Assembly (NCBI GenBank): GCA_013265495.1
Contig: MU062844.1
Coordinates: forward strand, 923,548-987,547
Direction of reading: 5' to 3'
Origin: Vicugna vicugna
Lineage: Eukaryota
DNA: 64,000 nucleotides
In this document: positions 1 through 12,202 of the stretch, one piece after another
How positions within the stretch are numbered: the first letter of the stretch is position 1
How the letters are laid out: every line of letters begins with the position of its first letter
The notes under the pieces: model-generated
Databases searched by the model: none
What the model was told of the DNA's origin: nothing
Seen by the model: only the letters and a program-made list of their open reading frames with translations
Translations under genes and position numbers: made by a program

Positions 1-414
1 ATACAATAGAGATTAACAAGACCATAGAAAAAATCAACCAAACCAAAAGCTGGTTTTTTGAAAAAGTAAATAAAATCGACAAACCTCTGGCCAAACTCAC
101 AAAGAAGAAAAAAGAGAGAGCACAAATTAGCAAAATAAGAAAGGAAAATGGAGAAATTACAACAAACAAAATAGAAATACAGAATATCATACGAGAATAT
201 TATGAAAAACTATATGGAACCAAACTGGATAACCTAGAGGAGATGGACAAGTTTCTGGAAACATACTGTCCACCAAAACTGAATCAAGAAGAAACTGAAC
301 ACTTGAACAATCCGATCACTAGAAAGGAAATAGAAATAGCAATTAAAAACCTCCCTACAAATAAAAGTCCAGGACCGGACGGCTTCACCGGGGAATTCTA
401 CCAAACATACAAAG
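1..414 (+). mobile_element. Young LINE-1 ORF2 segment (region between endonuclease and RT domains), continuing off the left edge and ending abruptly on the right
   Basis: Frame from base 3 is open with no stops: [30 protein letters not shown]...MDKFLETY...[17 protein letters not shown], typical L1 ORF2 motifs. Similarity stops at ~414-419. Confidence 0.95.
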
Positions 415-744
415 GAAGATGTGCTTCTTAGCCAAAAACATTTCCACTAGTAAATATGACGCCGGCTGACCTACTTATGCTCATATTTATATATGTGTGT
501 GTGAGTTGATATATACGTAGGTTCTCTGCTTTTCAAATATCGTCTACCCTTTAGGATGATGTAAAGTTCTTTGGGGATCTGGGTTGGTGATGCAGGGATC
601 ATAAATTCCTCCCCCATGCCAGGCAAATTTATACTGAATTACTCACACACTTACAGAAAGTGAGGATGTTGGTTTTCAGCCAAATCCAAGGGCCTAAAGT
701 GCCAGGACTTGGGGATTTAAAAAAAATTCAAGGATCTGAGAAGT

Positions 745-1200
745 GTAGAGTCTTGGAGTTAGAAAGGACCTCAGAGGTGACCCAATCCAGTCTTGCCAAT
801 GTGAGTCCAACTCTATGCAATCCTGACAGATGGGCAGTCACTCTTGGCTCAGTCGGGTCAGCAGACACATTATTCTATGAAACATCACAGTCTTCTAATA
901 GAGACCTAACTGCCAATGCTTATTCCTCATAATAATCTTATAATTTTATCCTCTTGCCTCAGTTCTGTCCTCAGAAAAACAACAAAAAATTAAGAGCCTA
1001 TGAAGTATTTGAACACATCTCTCCTATCCTCTCTGAGATTTCTCCAGGTTGAACTTTCCTAAATATTTCTTCTGAGACTCTTATCATATATCATTTAGAT
1101 ACTACATAATCCTGGAGGCTCTTCCTCTGGATATACTGAAGATTTTCAACATTCATCTTCAAATATTAATCCCTAGAACTAAGTCAAGTCTACAGATAAT
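745..1200 (-). mobile_element. L3/CR1-like (and MIR3-like) ancient fragment
   Basis: gagttagaaaggacctcagaggtgacccaatccag followed by degenerate CR1 3' motifs (ctggatatact..ttcatcttcaaatattaatccctagaact). Pattern recognition only. Confidence 0.45.
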
Positions 1201-1239
1201 GAACAGTGTCAGTGTTGCTGGAGACATGATCAGGGGTAC

Positions 1240-1702
1240 CAGCTAACCACTGCTCCTACACCTTTGCTAACAGAAGCAAATTTTGCTCCAGTGGCAATTA
1301 TCCATTCTTGGAGAAGAATCTTGATTATTAGTCTCTATCAGTGACATTCAAGGGGTGACACATGACCCAGTTCTGGCCAATGAAATACAAGAGGAAGTCT
1401 GCTCTACTGAAAGGATAGAGGGCCTAGAAGAAAACTTCTTTTCTCTCCCTTTTCTTCCTTTTTTGAATGCTGGCAGGTGAAGATGTGATGGCTGGAACAG
1501 AAGCAGCCATCTTGTGACCACAATGAACCAGCAGCCAAGCAAGGCAAAGTAGAAGAATGGAAAAGACCTGAGCCCTTACTGGATTACTGAGACACTAAAC
1601 CAGACCTGGGGCTCCTTGTTAAACAATAAAACTAAACATCTTAATGGTTTAAGCCACCATTGCTCAAATATTGTTACTTGGAGCTGAAGACACTCCTAAC
1701 AA
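1240..1702 (+). mobile_element. MaLR solo LTR, MLT1J/K-like
   Basis: cacatgacccagttctggccaatgaaata, gcagccatcttgtgaccac, aataaaac..tggtttaagccac..tgttacttggagctgaa are MLT1 hallmarks. Confidence 0.7.
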
Positions 1703-1865
1703 CAGAAAAGGTATAATAGAACCATCATCTCTCTTAATTTGAACATTATATTTCTAGAAATGTGGCCTTTACTTTTTGAAAAGCCCTACCACTCCTTGGG
1801 ATGGGCTGAGCATCTGGTCAATGCAAAACAAATGAACAAATAAACAGAAACCCTGTGATTGAGGA

Positions 1866-2100
1866 TCACAATATCAAATGCTTACAAAGGCCATGCAGTT
1901 AACATAAATATGTGAATCTGGCTAGATGTGAGGTAACAGGGAGCAAGGAGGGCACAGTGAACTTGAAAATGCGTGCCTCATACAAAGACATTAAAAATCA
2001 AGCATTTTAAAATACTATGCTGGTGAAATCAAATACTAACACAACTATGAGCCAGATTCAGTAGGCAGTCCACCGTTTCATGACCCTTGCAAAAATCAGC
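1866..2100. mobile_element. hAT-Charlie MITE remnant (MER102-like)
   Basis: caaatgcttacaaaggccatgcagttaacataaat...ttttaaaatactatgctgg...gagccagattcag..caccgtttcatgaccctt resembles the MER102 consensus as recalled. Confidence 0.45.
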
Positions 2101-2884
2101 CTCGAGTGAGTTGGAAAGCCCCATCTCCCCCTTCCTGCAGGAGTGTACATTCCTCCTACATAGGTCAGTGCAGTCCAAAGTATGGGTTCAGCATTTCAAT
2201 CTGGAAAGACAGCTTTGAATTCTAATTCCATCATCCAACATCTTAATCATTTCAGTTAAGGCAACCAGATTATTAACATCAAAATCTATATAGTTCAGTT
2301 TGAATCTAAGCCCCTTCTCTAAACCAACTGGATTCACAGTCATTAACTTGAAAGGATAATAAAATAAGAGCAAAAGAATATGATCACAAGGATTCTTTAA
2401 TCGAATATCTTTCGGACTGCCAGGGTCCTTGGGTTATGTATCTCAGAGCCACTTACTCCCTGGCAGAGAGAAAATGAGAAAATATACGTGTCCACATCCT
2501 AAAGCCCTAAGCCTGGTGCAAATATGTGTTCCTTTCAGAGGAATTATGTACAGTAAAGGTCACTGAGACAATCTCCTCCTACAGTCAGTTTCACACTGGC
2601 CACATTTAATCTTCAGTTTGCCAGGATAACGCTCATAGCAAGTCCTAAGAACTCAAAGGAAGCTTCTGGTTGTCCCAGTTAAGAAAATATAAATCATTTC
2701 ATGTTGGACTCTCTAGTTCTGTGAGATTCGTTCCCAATCTTTTGCAGGGGATATCCTCATATCAGCACATCACCCTTCAGGTTATTATAATAATATTATA
2801 ATATGATTATATTGGTTATTAAAAAGTACATGTACTTTGGAGAAAAATAAAAACCACAAAATATAAATACAATTAACAACAGTG

Positions 2885-3095
2885 TTTAGTATGAGCTAAG
2901 CTCTGAGATTTATGTCCACCATCACATTTAAATCTCACAACTCTACAAAGCAGGTACTATTATTGTCCCCATTTTAAAGATGAAGACACTGAGCCTCAGA
3001 GACATTAAGGAACGTCCCCATGATCACCCAGCTGGTAAATGATGGCACCTGAATTTAAGCCCAGACATTCTAGTTCAAGGTCCAACTTATTAACC
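2885..3095 (-). mobile_element. MIR SINE
   Basis: Core ccccattttaaagatgaagacactgagcctcagaga plus flanking MIR motifs. Confidence 0.75.
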
Positions 3096-3212
3096 ATGCT
3101 GTAATGACATTTCTTAAAAGATGAAAATAGCCATGAATCTACCACCAAAAGATAACCACTGCTCACATTTTTGTGTGATTCTTGCCCATCTTTTCTTGAA
3201 GGTAATACAATT

Positions 3213-3365
3213 TTCAGAGCTGGAAAGGGCCTTAAGAGATAATATCACCCCAGACTCTCATTTTGCAGAGGGAGAAGCTGAGGTTGAGAAAGCTGCAGGG
3301 CCTTTCTTGAGGTCACACCACGATTTGGAAATGGAATTTAGGTCCTCAGACTCTTTGTCCAAAGG
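3213..3365 (-). mobile_element. MIR/MIR3 fragment
   Basis: gagctggaaagggccttaagaga...cattttgcagagggagaagctgagg...aggtcacac. Confidence 0.6.
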
Positions 3366-5449
3366 TATTCTGAGATTTTCTGACTTGAGTTGGTTGCTAG
3401 TGGCTCCAGTTGGTTGGTGGTGGCTTCCTGGAGGACTGTGTTTACAAGGGTTTAAGGCCTGTGGCCAAAAAGGACAAAATGCTACAGTAGATTAGTGGTG
3501 ATGATAGCTGTGAACATAGCAGCATGGCTGCATGCACACCCCAAATTTGCCACCTGCCAAGGAGCAGCCCTGGGGGAGAAGAAGAATGCCCAGGAAAGGC
3601 TCTCATAACAAAGACCAGCTATTTTCTTTGCCTGCATCGGGGTGTCAAACCCCAGTGCCTTCAGGACCAAGTCTGTAACATAGATGAGTGAGGTGGGCAA
3701 GCTGGAGCCAGAAGGAAGGAAGAGCCCTGCCCTAAGTGGGGAGGGGCTCTCTTCATCTCTAGTCAACTGTCACCATGGGGAGAAGCAGGTCCAGGGTTAC
3801 CAGGCCTTCTGGTTTTTCCAAAGAAGCAAGAAATTTGGATTTTTTTTTAATATGATAGGGCTTAACTTTAAAATGTTGGTAACTAATTAAAATTTAAATA
3901 ATTAGGGAAAGTGCAGAACAAACCAAACACACTAGTTAATAACATTATAACCTCTCCTTTTCATGATGGCCTTATCAGAAGCCACTAACTCTCTGTTACA
4001 AACCCAGGATTTTCCCCTCTTTCTTTTTCTCTTTTATTTTCTCTCTCTCTCTCCCCCTTACCCTACCTATAGAAGCATTTTCCATCTGAGGCTACAAAAG
4101 AGATGAACCCCACCCCTAACCCCACCAGACCACATCTATCTAGCGTCCAAGTGATCGCCAGTGACCCCTGAGGGCCATTTGGAAAATTAATTAATCTCTC
4201 CAGTGATGCCTGTTGCTCTCAGATGACTGATGTGAGGAGGAGGGGATGACTGCATCTGACATGCCTCATGGAAGAGACTAAAGATAGGCCTCCTCACTCT
4301 CCCAGAAGCTATCTAATGCCTTTATGGTAGGAACTGAGTGGGCTCCACCAACATTCTGATGTGCGTGTCTGCCCTTTCCATGAGCTTTCTGTGTTTAATG
4401 GGAGGGCCTGTCACTCACATCCAAACTCCGCAGCTGCCAGGTTACAAGAGCACAAGCTCCCACCTCCTGCAGATGAGTTGTTACTCAGCAGCACCACATC
4501 CCCCAATTTCTGTTAATCCCCAGGATGGCTGGTAATTATCGGCCCACTAGAGAGAAGAGAAGACTTGGCACACACCTATGAAATCAGTCAGCATTTAGGA
4601 ACAAACACTGCATGGAAAGCCCTGCCCCACAGTGTGGTAAATTCTTCCGGGAACTGCAGTAAGCTGGCATCGAAACCAATGACTTGATTCATTCAGTCAA
4701 CAAATATTTACCAAGAAACAAATGCAAAGGGCAAGGTCAGTGCAAGGTGCTACATGTGTAGACCAGAAATTAACTTTACTAAAGTTGGAAAAAAAAAAGA
4801 CTAGTTCAAATAATTGTGATACAAACAGAATATTCTGCAGCCATTTAAAATCACGTTAGAGAGGTCTGTTTAATGATAAGAGGAAATTCCAAGAATACAT
4901 AATCAAGTTTGAAAAAAATAAAAGCAGGTTGTGAACTATAACTGGGTCAAAATCAGAGTGAACACATTCAGCAGCCTCCCTTTTCTCCTCCTAAGACATA
5001 GACTCTATAGATAAATCTTAGGTGTTTTAAAATTTACATAGTAGTGCTTAGAAATAAGAAAAGAGAATTACAGATCAGAAATAGAGGGGATTCCCTAACA
5101 ATAAATGGATCTTAAGATGGGACGCCACAATTTCAAGTAGGAATCAAAGACCATGGGGGAATGAGCCTGGTATGAGCCATGGGCAGAGGTCCTAACCTAG
5201 GCAATAAGAGGCAGAACTGGACCCAGAACCACGCTGCTAGCTGTGAATGGGAACGTAACATCTGCACCTTGAGTCACAGCCAGAAGGATGCCTCTGTATG
5301 TGTCAAGGGGCCAAAATGAAGTCACCTGCATGAGACTGGGACCCGAACCTGCACCACAGACTACATGGAGTAGAAAGAGAGCTCTGAGCTGAGCGGTTGA
5401 CGGAGCTGTGGTTTAAAAGCACACACCCTTTACAGATATAGGGCAGAAG

Positions 5450-6210
5450 AAACCATAAAATTGCCTTGAAAATAAGTTCACACACAAAAATTAGAGACCA
5501 TATGAGGACATCCAACGATCAGATTCTACAAAATGGAAGAATTCATACTGGAAGAAACAAAGATACTAGAACACTCGGAGAAGGGCGTCATAATAAGTTT
5601 TTTTTTTTAATCCTCGAAGGTACAGAGAAGGGATTTACAACCACAAAGTGAGAAGAGTTTTTATAAAACAAGAAAAAGCAGGAAGGTATGAAAAGGAACC
5701 AATTATGTATCTCAGAAATAAAGTGAAATTTGTCGAAATTTAAAACTTGACAGATAGGCAGAATAATAGACCAGACATAAATGAAAAGAGCTGGTTCAGT
5801 GGAATGCAGAATTGATGAAACATAGCATAAACATAGAATAGAGAGAAAACTTTTAAAAACGTTTAAGATACATGGAGAATTGATTAAGAAACTACATTTT
5901 GAGAGAAAAGAGAGAATGTTGGAGGGGAAGCATCCAATAGACAATGGCTGAGATTTTTCTAGAATTAAGAAAAGCCTGTATCTTCTAAGAAAGCCCACAG
6001 AATGCAAAGTACAATAAACAAAGCCATATATACAGTACAATCCTAAACTTGTAACTAAACACATGGAGCTTAAAGCGAAATAGACCCAAGTGTCCACAGT
6101 GGTTACTCCAGTGACAAGATTTAAAGGGAGGGTTTTATTGATTTCTTTAAACTTCAGTACATTTTCTAAGTGCTCTACAATGAAAAGACATAATTTTTAT
6201 AAATTGTGAA
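5450..6210 (+). mobile_element. Ancient L1M/HAL1-like remnant (ORF1-like A-rich body followed by an L1ME-type 3' tip)
   Basis: Strongly A-rich + strand with decayed ORF1-like phrases (aatggctgagatttttctagaattaag, aagcccacagaatgc), then acagtggttact...gtgctctacaatgaaaagacataatttttataa. Confidence 0.55.
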
Positions 6211-8479
6211 GGAGGAATATCATTATTTCAAATATGCATATACACATAAACACTTAAAATTTGCCCTCAAGGAACTTACACTCTAGTAGAGGAGAGGAGG
6301 TATTCATAGAGATAATACATAAAGCAAAACCCACCTAGTAACCCACATGGCTAGATGTACCTAAAATGTAAGCCTTACCTTTTCCCCCCATGGAGAAGTT
6401 AGGAATAAGCGGGGGAAAGGGAGGGGGAAGTGAGCAAGTTGAGCAAAAACGTAAAGGTCTAGTGCTCACGCTTGATTCATGAGGGGCTGTTATTAAAATC
6501 AGAGTGCATTTCACTTGGATGGGATCAAAATGGTAAACCGAGATAAGATTAGAACTTTATCTACATCAAGCATTATTTTCACCTCTAAATTAATTATATT
6601 TCAAGACCACCCACTGATGGAAGCAAATATTAATATCTCTCCACTGTGAATCAAAGTAAACCACAAATATCTGCCACGTAGCATATTTCAGTTATTATGA
6701 AGCTTTGTTCTTTTTTTTTCCCAAGGGTCAAGTAGACTTAGGAAAAAGCAAAAAATAGGGGGAAAGGGTTCGATTTAACTGATACTCAAATTAACTACCA
6801 CTCATCCACAGGGACCTATCATGCTACCAATTTAGAAATGCAGGCAATATGTTCTGAACTTTACCAAATGAGCATCATCTTAGGTGGGCACAGAGAGATC
6901 TTATAGGCTTAGGGAGGTTCAGGTTTTGTGGCCATAACCCCACTGGCACACGCAACCAAACAAGTCGGAGTTTTAGGCAATGCCCACAACTGCTTCTTCA
7001 CAGCCACACAAACTGCACTCAGACTTGAGTCCCACAAGAAATAGGTGGCAAAAAGCACCAGCCAGCTCGATGTGTCACTAGTGGAAGGAAGGGCTGCTCA
7101 CATCTCAGACACTCTCCTTCCTTTTTTAACATGACCAGGTTTCTCAAAGTATCACCCTTTAACCCACTTCCTCTCAACATCATCTGCACAGCCCACACAT
7201 GGGACCCAACACATACCCCAATATTATCCCACTGACTTCTTTGATTTCCTGCCATAAGGACCAACTTGAAAACCCTGACAATAATGAGGAGTATCCAGTT
7301 TCTTTCACCACTTTTGAGCCAACAGATACTTTCATTCCTCTCCTCTCTGTGCCCTCTTAAATCTCTCTCGCATCTTGACTCCTCTGAAAATGTCCTTTCT
7401 CATTTTTCTTTTGCCATTTCCTGACTCCGTTTTTCTTCTTTACTCTTAAGTGGAGTCACACTCTTGTCCAATCCCCATAAGGCAGTTTCATGCTCTAGGA
7501 GAGGAAGATGCTTCCGCCCATATTCCCTGGACTTCACAAAACTCCCTTTCTAACACCCGCATCAAGGGAGGAGCAGGGTCACTGCCTATCAAGGGGGTGT
7601 TCAACTATGGGGACCCACTTCTGTTCCTGCTTCTTTGCCTACAATCAGGTGGGTAAGTCAGGTAAGACTCTAAGCCCCATACTTGCCAACTCAGATCTCT
7701 CAGCCTAAGCCTCACTCCAGTTTTTACCAGATTTCTCCACTGATTGTGCTGGGCCCTAGTCAATTCAGAATTTGCACTTACAATATGGCTGTTTTTGTGT
7801 GTGCTAGCTACTCCTTCCATCAAAACTTCAGAAGGGAGAAGGAATTGGTGGCAATTTTTAGGTCCCAAAGTCATACTCTAAAACCCTGTAGGAAAAAAAA
7901 AATGCTGCTATTCTCCTTCTCTGTGCCTTCATCAGAAATCAGAGAACCAGAAAACCAGAGGTCTAGTTCCCTCACACACCATGTGGTCTTGGCTGAGTCT
8001 TTAACTGCCCTATGCCCCCGTCCCTTCATCTGAAAGTTACAGGATGCTCTAGTAGACTCTTAAGGCCATTCTCAGTTCTGAAATAGCCATACATCAGTGG
8101 CAGGACATGGCTGTTCCCTACTTTTTTCATCCCAGAAGGAAGCCCCCCAAAACTGAGAGGGGGCTGGGAAAATGCTCAGCCACACATAGGAATTCTGCTA
8201 GGCTGCAAACCACTTAAAATGAATGTTTAATAAGATACTGCATCCGTTGTGTACTTCAGCTGAATGTGCTGCAGCCCAGGAGACCTGAAAGAATTAATAC
8301 GGTTCCCAAAGGAGATGGTGGGAATTGCTGAGGCAGAAGCAGACTCTGACTTGATAAATGTAAAAGTGCTTTGAGAACGTCAGAAGGAAAGTGCTATGAC
8401 AAATGTCTGCTCGCTCTATTAGGATGTCTCCTGCTATCTAAGGAACACACTCCAAGAAGGTCTCAGGGCTGGGGACCAC

Positions 8480-8760
8480 AGCACACAAGTGCATTCACGC
8501 TTCCCTTCCCTTCCTCACCCCTCCAATCCCTTCCTGGGGCTTAGATCGAGCCACAGTGCCCTGCAACACCAATCCTTCCCTGTTTCTCATTCTTCACTTT
8601 GCTTTTTCTTTCCGACCTCCACTTCTGCACAATTCTCAAATCAGGCACTCATGACATCTCACTCAAATCTTCAAATCTCTCCCCCGACCCTCTCCAAATC
8701 AACACTCTAAGCTGGTCCATAGAAAGACACCCCCCCACCCCTGTCATTCTAAGCAAGAAA
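8480..8760 (+). mobile_element. L2 fragment
   Basis: Pyrimidine-rich L2-like text (ctcaaatcaggcactcatgacatctcactcaaatcttc). Confidence 0.4.
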
Positions 8761-9433
8761 TTTGGACACACCTTCCTTCATTCTGACTGCCTCTAACTTC
8801 AGTATCAAAACCCATTCTTGGGAGCCAACCCCTGCACCAGAGGGCCTTGCAGCCCTTATCAGTCCCTCCCAAGGAACATGTAGGAAAACACCAGGCCCCC
8901 GATGCTCTGGGTCTGCAGTCAGTTCTCTCCACTCACAGCCGCTCCCCTAGAGAAGCACAGCTGCACGTGCCTCTGGCCCAGGGCTTCTCAAACTTTCCAC
9001 CTCGCTCCCCATAACCGTAGAGAGTCTGCGGAAGTATGACATTTTTCTGCCTTTTTGGGGTTCACCTAAAAACTTTGCATTTTATTCCACAACATTCCCA
9101 CATTTGATCATTTAGAAATCATTTTAGTTGCTTACCACGGTAGGGGGAAAATGGACATTTTTCACAAAACAAGCAGGTAAAATTGACATTATAGGACTAT
9201 AAGCCTTATTCAAGTTCCCCAGGCTCTCCTCTGTGCACTACTTAGAAATCTCCAAACATTCCACTACCACTCACCCCATCATAGTTTTCATCTCCTGAGT
9301 TCTTCCAGGCACACCAAGGTGCCTCTGAGTACCCCGCTTTTCAGAACCAACGCAAAAAGCATTTCCATTCAATTCCAGGTTGGAGAGGCAGGACCTGGTT
9401 CTCACTTGAGTCAGTGGCCACTACCCCTTTTCA

Positions 9434-9961
<528 letters not shown>

Positions 9962-10739
9962 CTGCAAGGTGAAGAAGAAGAGTCAGGGCTGCTGTGTGCA
10001 AGAGTTCTAGACGAAAGGGATTACCGACCCAGCCCGTTGCTCTAGGAGCCAGGTACAGAACCCACTCCCAGCGAGAGCTGCTGGAGTCACTAACTCCATT
10101 CCCCATGCCCGATGCCATCCACAACTCTCGACCCATCTCCAACTCTATCTACAACTCAAATCCGAGCTAATTCTCCATCCCTGTCCCCCAAACCATCTTC
10201 GCATTCAGCCTCCTCATCCCCGGTCTTCAGCCTCCTCTCCATCTCTGACTCTCCCCACAACTCCCACCGCATCCCCCAAGTTAGCTTTGGACCACTGCCC
10301 CTGAGCATAGGCGCAGAACAAACCCTCCACCCACCCGGCTCCCACCCGGGCTAGTGCGGACCAAGTTACTGACCCCGCCCCCTTTTCACAGGGAGCAAAC
10401 TGCGAAACAGTCACGGGCGTGCGGAGGCGACAGAGCGACTCTGCATCTCTACTCCCGCTCTAAGCGAGTTGACTGACCCCGCCCTCTGCGAAACCGCGGG
10501 GTTCAGCACCCACCTGACTCCACTCGGCACCGGCACCGGCACGGGCTGCAGACCCCGCACCTCTCCTGCAGGGTACATCCCAAACGCATGGGAGTAAGGA
10601 CGCTCGCTTGTGTGCCCCAGGATCTAGGGTGCCTGGGAGAACTTAGGGTCCGCCCCACCTTGCGCAAAGGGGCCGTAAAGCGATTTTCACTCAACTGCAA
10701 GCAGCCCTAGGATCCACCCCTTACACGCGAGCGTACACA

Positions 10740-10740
<1 letters not shown>

Positions 10741-10773
<33 letters not shown>
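10741..10773. repeat. (AC)16 microsatellite
   Basis: Perfect dinucleotide run read directly. Confidence 0.99.
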
Positions 10774-10776
<3 letters not shown>

Positions 10777-11271
10777 TCTGACGCTCGCCGTGTGCAATGC
10801 AGAATTCCGGAGAGGAGGCAGGTTCCCCCGCGGGCCGGCGCGTGGGAGCTGGCGAAGAATGTGCACAAGGGTGTGGGGCAGGGGACAGTTGGCTCCCTAG
10901 AAACCTTCCGACCGACGTGAAATGTACAGCACCCCCACCCACCCATCCCAGCCTTTCCTTCTGATTCTGTTACCAAGTCTTAGGTGCACGTGGGCAGCGG
11001 GCTGCACACCCTCACAGGCACGCACGCATTTCTGCGCACATCTGCAGGCCGCAGTAGGGGAGCCCACGGCCATCCGGAGTCTGCACACGTCCTCGGGCGG
11101 TGCACACACGTATCGCGCCAGGTACACAGCAGTGCCTGCCTGCAAATACCGGCACAGTCGTGCACGCGTGCACTGGCGCGCGCCCCTCGGGCCGGGCGCT
11201 GCTGGAGCCCGGGGAAGTTGAGGCGAACTCGCACGGGCCTCGGCACTCTTCGGCTGAGCATCGCGGAGCCG

Positions 11272-11290
11272 CAGCGCCCCCTGGTGCTTC
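11272..11290 (-). promoter_or_regulatory. CTCF motif
   Basis: Minus strand GAAGCACCAGGGGGCGCTG versus the core CCACCAGGGGGCGC (one core mismatch). Confidence 0.7.
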
Positions 11291-11425
11291 TCCCGCACCT
11301 CGCTAGTAGTGCTCCCTCTCCCGCTTTATTTCTCCCTCTCCCCCCTGATCCTTCTCCCGCTCTCCCTCTAGTCGAGTCTTCCTTCTGCCCGGCCAGCCGA
11401 GCCCAGGTCTCCCGCTGGGACGTAC

Positions 11426-11630
11426 CNNNNNNNNNNNNNNNNNNNNNNNNNNNNNNNNNNNNNNNNNNNNNNNNNNNNNNNNNNNNNNNNNNNNNNNNNN
11501 NNNNNNNNNNNNNNNNNNNNNNNNNNNNNNNNNNNNNNNNNNNNNNNNNNNNNNNNNNNNNNNNNNNNNNNNNNNNNNNNNNNNNNNNNNNNNNNNNNNN
11601 NNNNNNNNNNNNNNNNNNNNNNNNNNNNNN
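11426..11630 (-). other. GRIN2A: Assembly gap (204 N at 11427-11630) probably hiding a non-coding GRIN2A exon
   Basis: A branch-like CTGAT and pyrimidine tract (cctgcctctccatctctt) run into the gap from the right; a donor exits on the left. Confidence 0.75.
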
Positions 11631-12202
11631 AAGAGATGGAGAGGCAGGATCAGCCCACCGGCGGGGGGTGGAGAACGGGGGGACAGACTGCAGTCTGCAG
11701 TGCTCACAGCCCCTCTGTGCGCACAGGGGGCTCTACCGGAGACGGGGAGCTGAAGCTCCGTGCTCGAGACGCCCCCAGTTGGGATCCTAAGACCCTGAGG
11801 CCGAAATGGAGAGCTCCACTTCGGGGAGCACAAGAGAACCGGAGCCCCAGGTTGGCCACCCTCGAGAAGCTAACAGGGCACCTCCACTCTCACCCCCTGC
11901 CACCTCCCTGGCGCCGGCTGCTGGGAGTTGTGCGGCCAGGAGCTGCTGAGCAAGGCGGGTAGGGAGAGAAAGAGGAGGGAATCGGGGGTTGAGTGGGGGT
12001 GCTGGCTGAGTTTGCGATGTGTCGGCAGGAGGAGAGGGGGAGGGAAGGACTCCGGCTCCCGCGGTCCCGGATCCCCGAGGGAGGTGCGATCTTTCCCACG
12101 CAACGATCCTCTTGCGGTCCTGTCGCCCCCTCTTATCAAGGCCTCCCACCGTCCTCTTCCCAAAGGGGCTGCCCAGACCCAGCGTCCCATGCCAGCACTC
12201 AC

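Larger units (their letters stand above)
9962..11425 (-). other. GRIN2A: 5'UTR intron (1464 nt)
   Basis: Donor G|GTACGT at 11425..11420, directly beside the gap; acceptor at 9962. Confidence 0.75.

Noticed and set aside
5588-6097. 169-aa hydrophobic ORF
   Set aside because: It is the T-rich antisense strand of a decayed L1/HAL1 remnant; the composition is an artefact.
7646-7667. Three donor-like sites on the + strand (GTGGGT, GTAAGT, GTAAGA)
   Set aside because: Antisense to GRIN2A with no supporting promoter or acceptor; cannot be distinguished from chance without RNA data.
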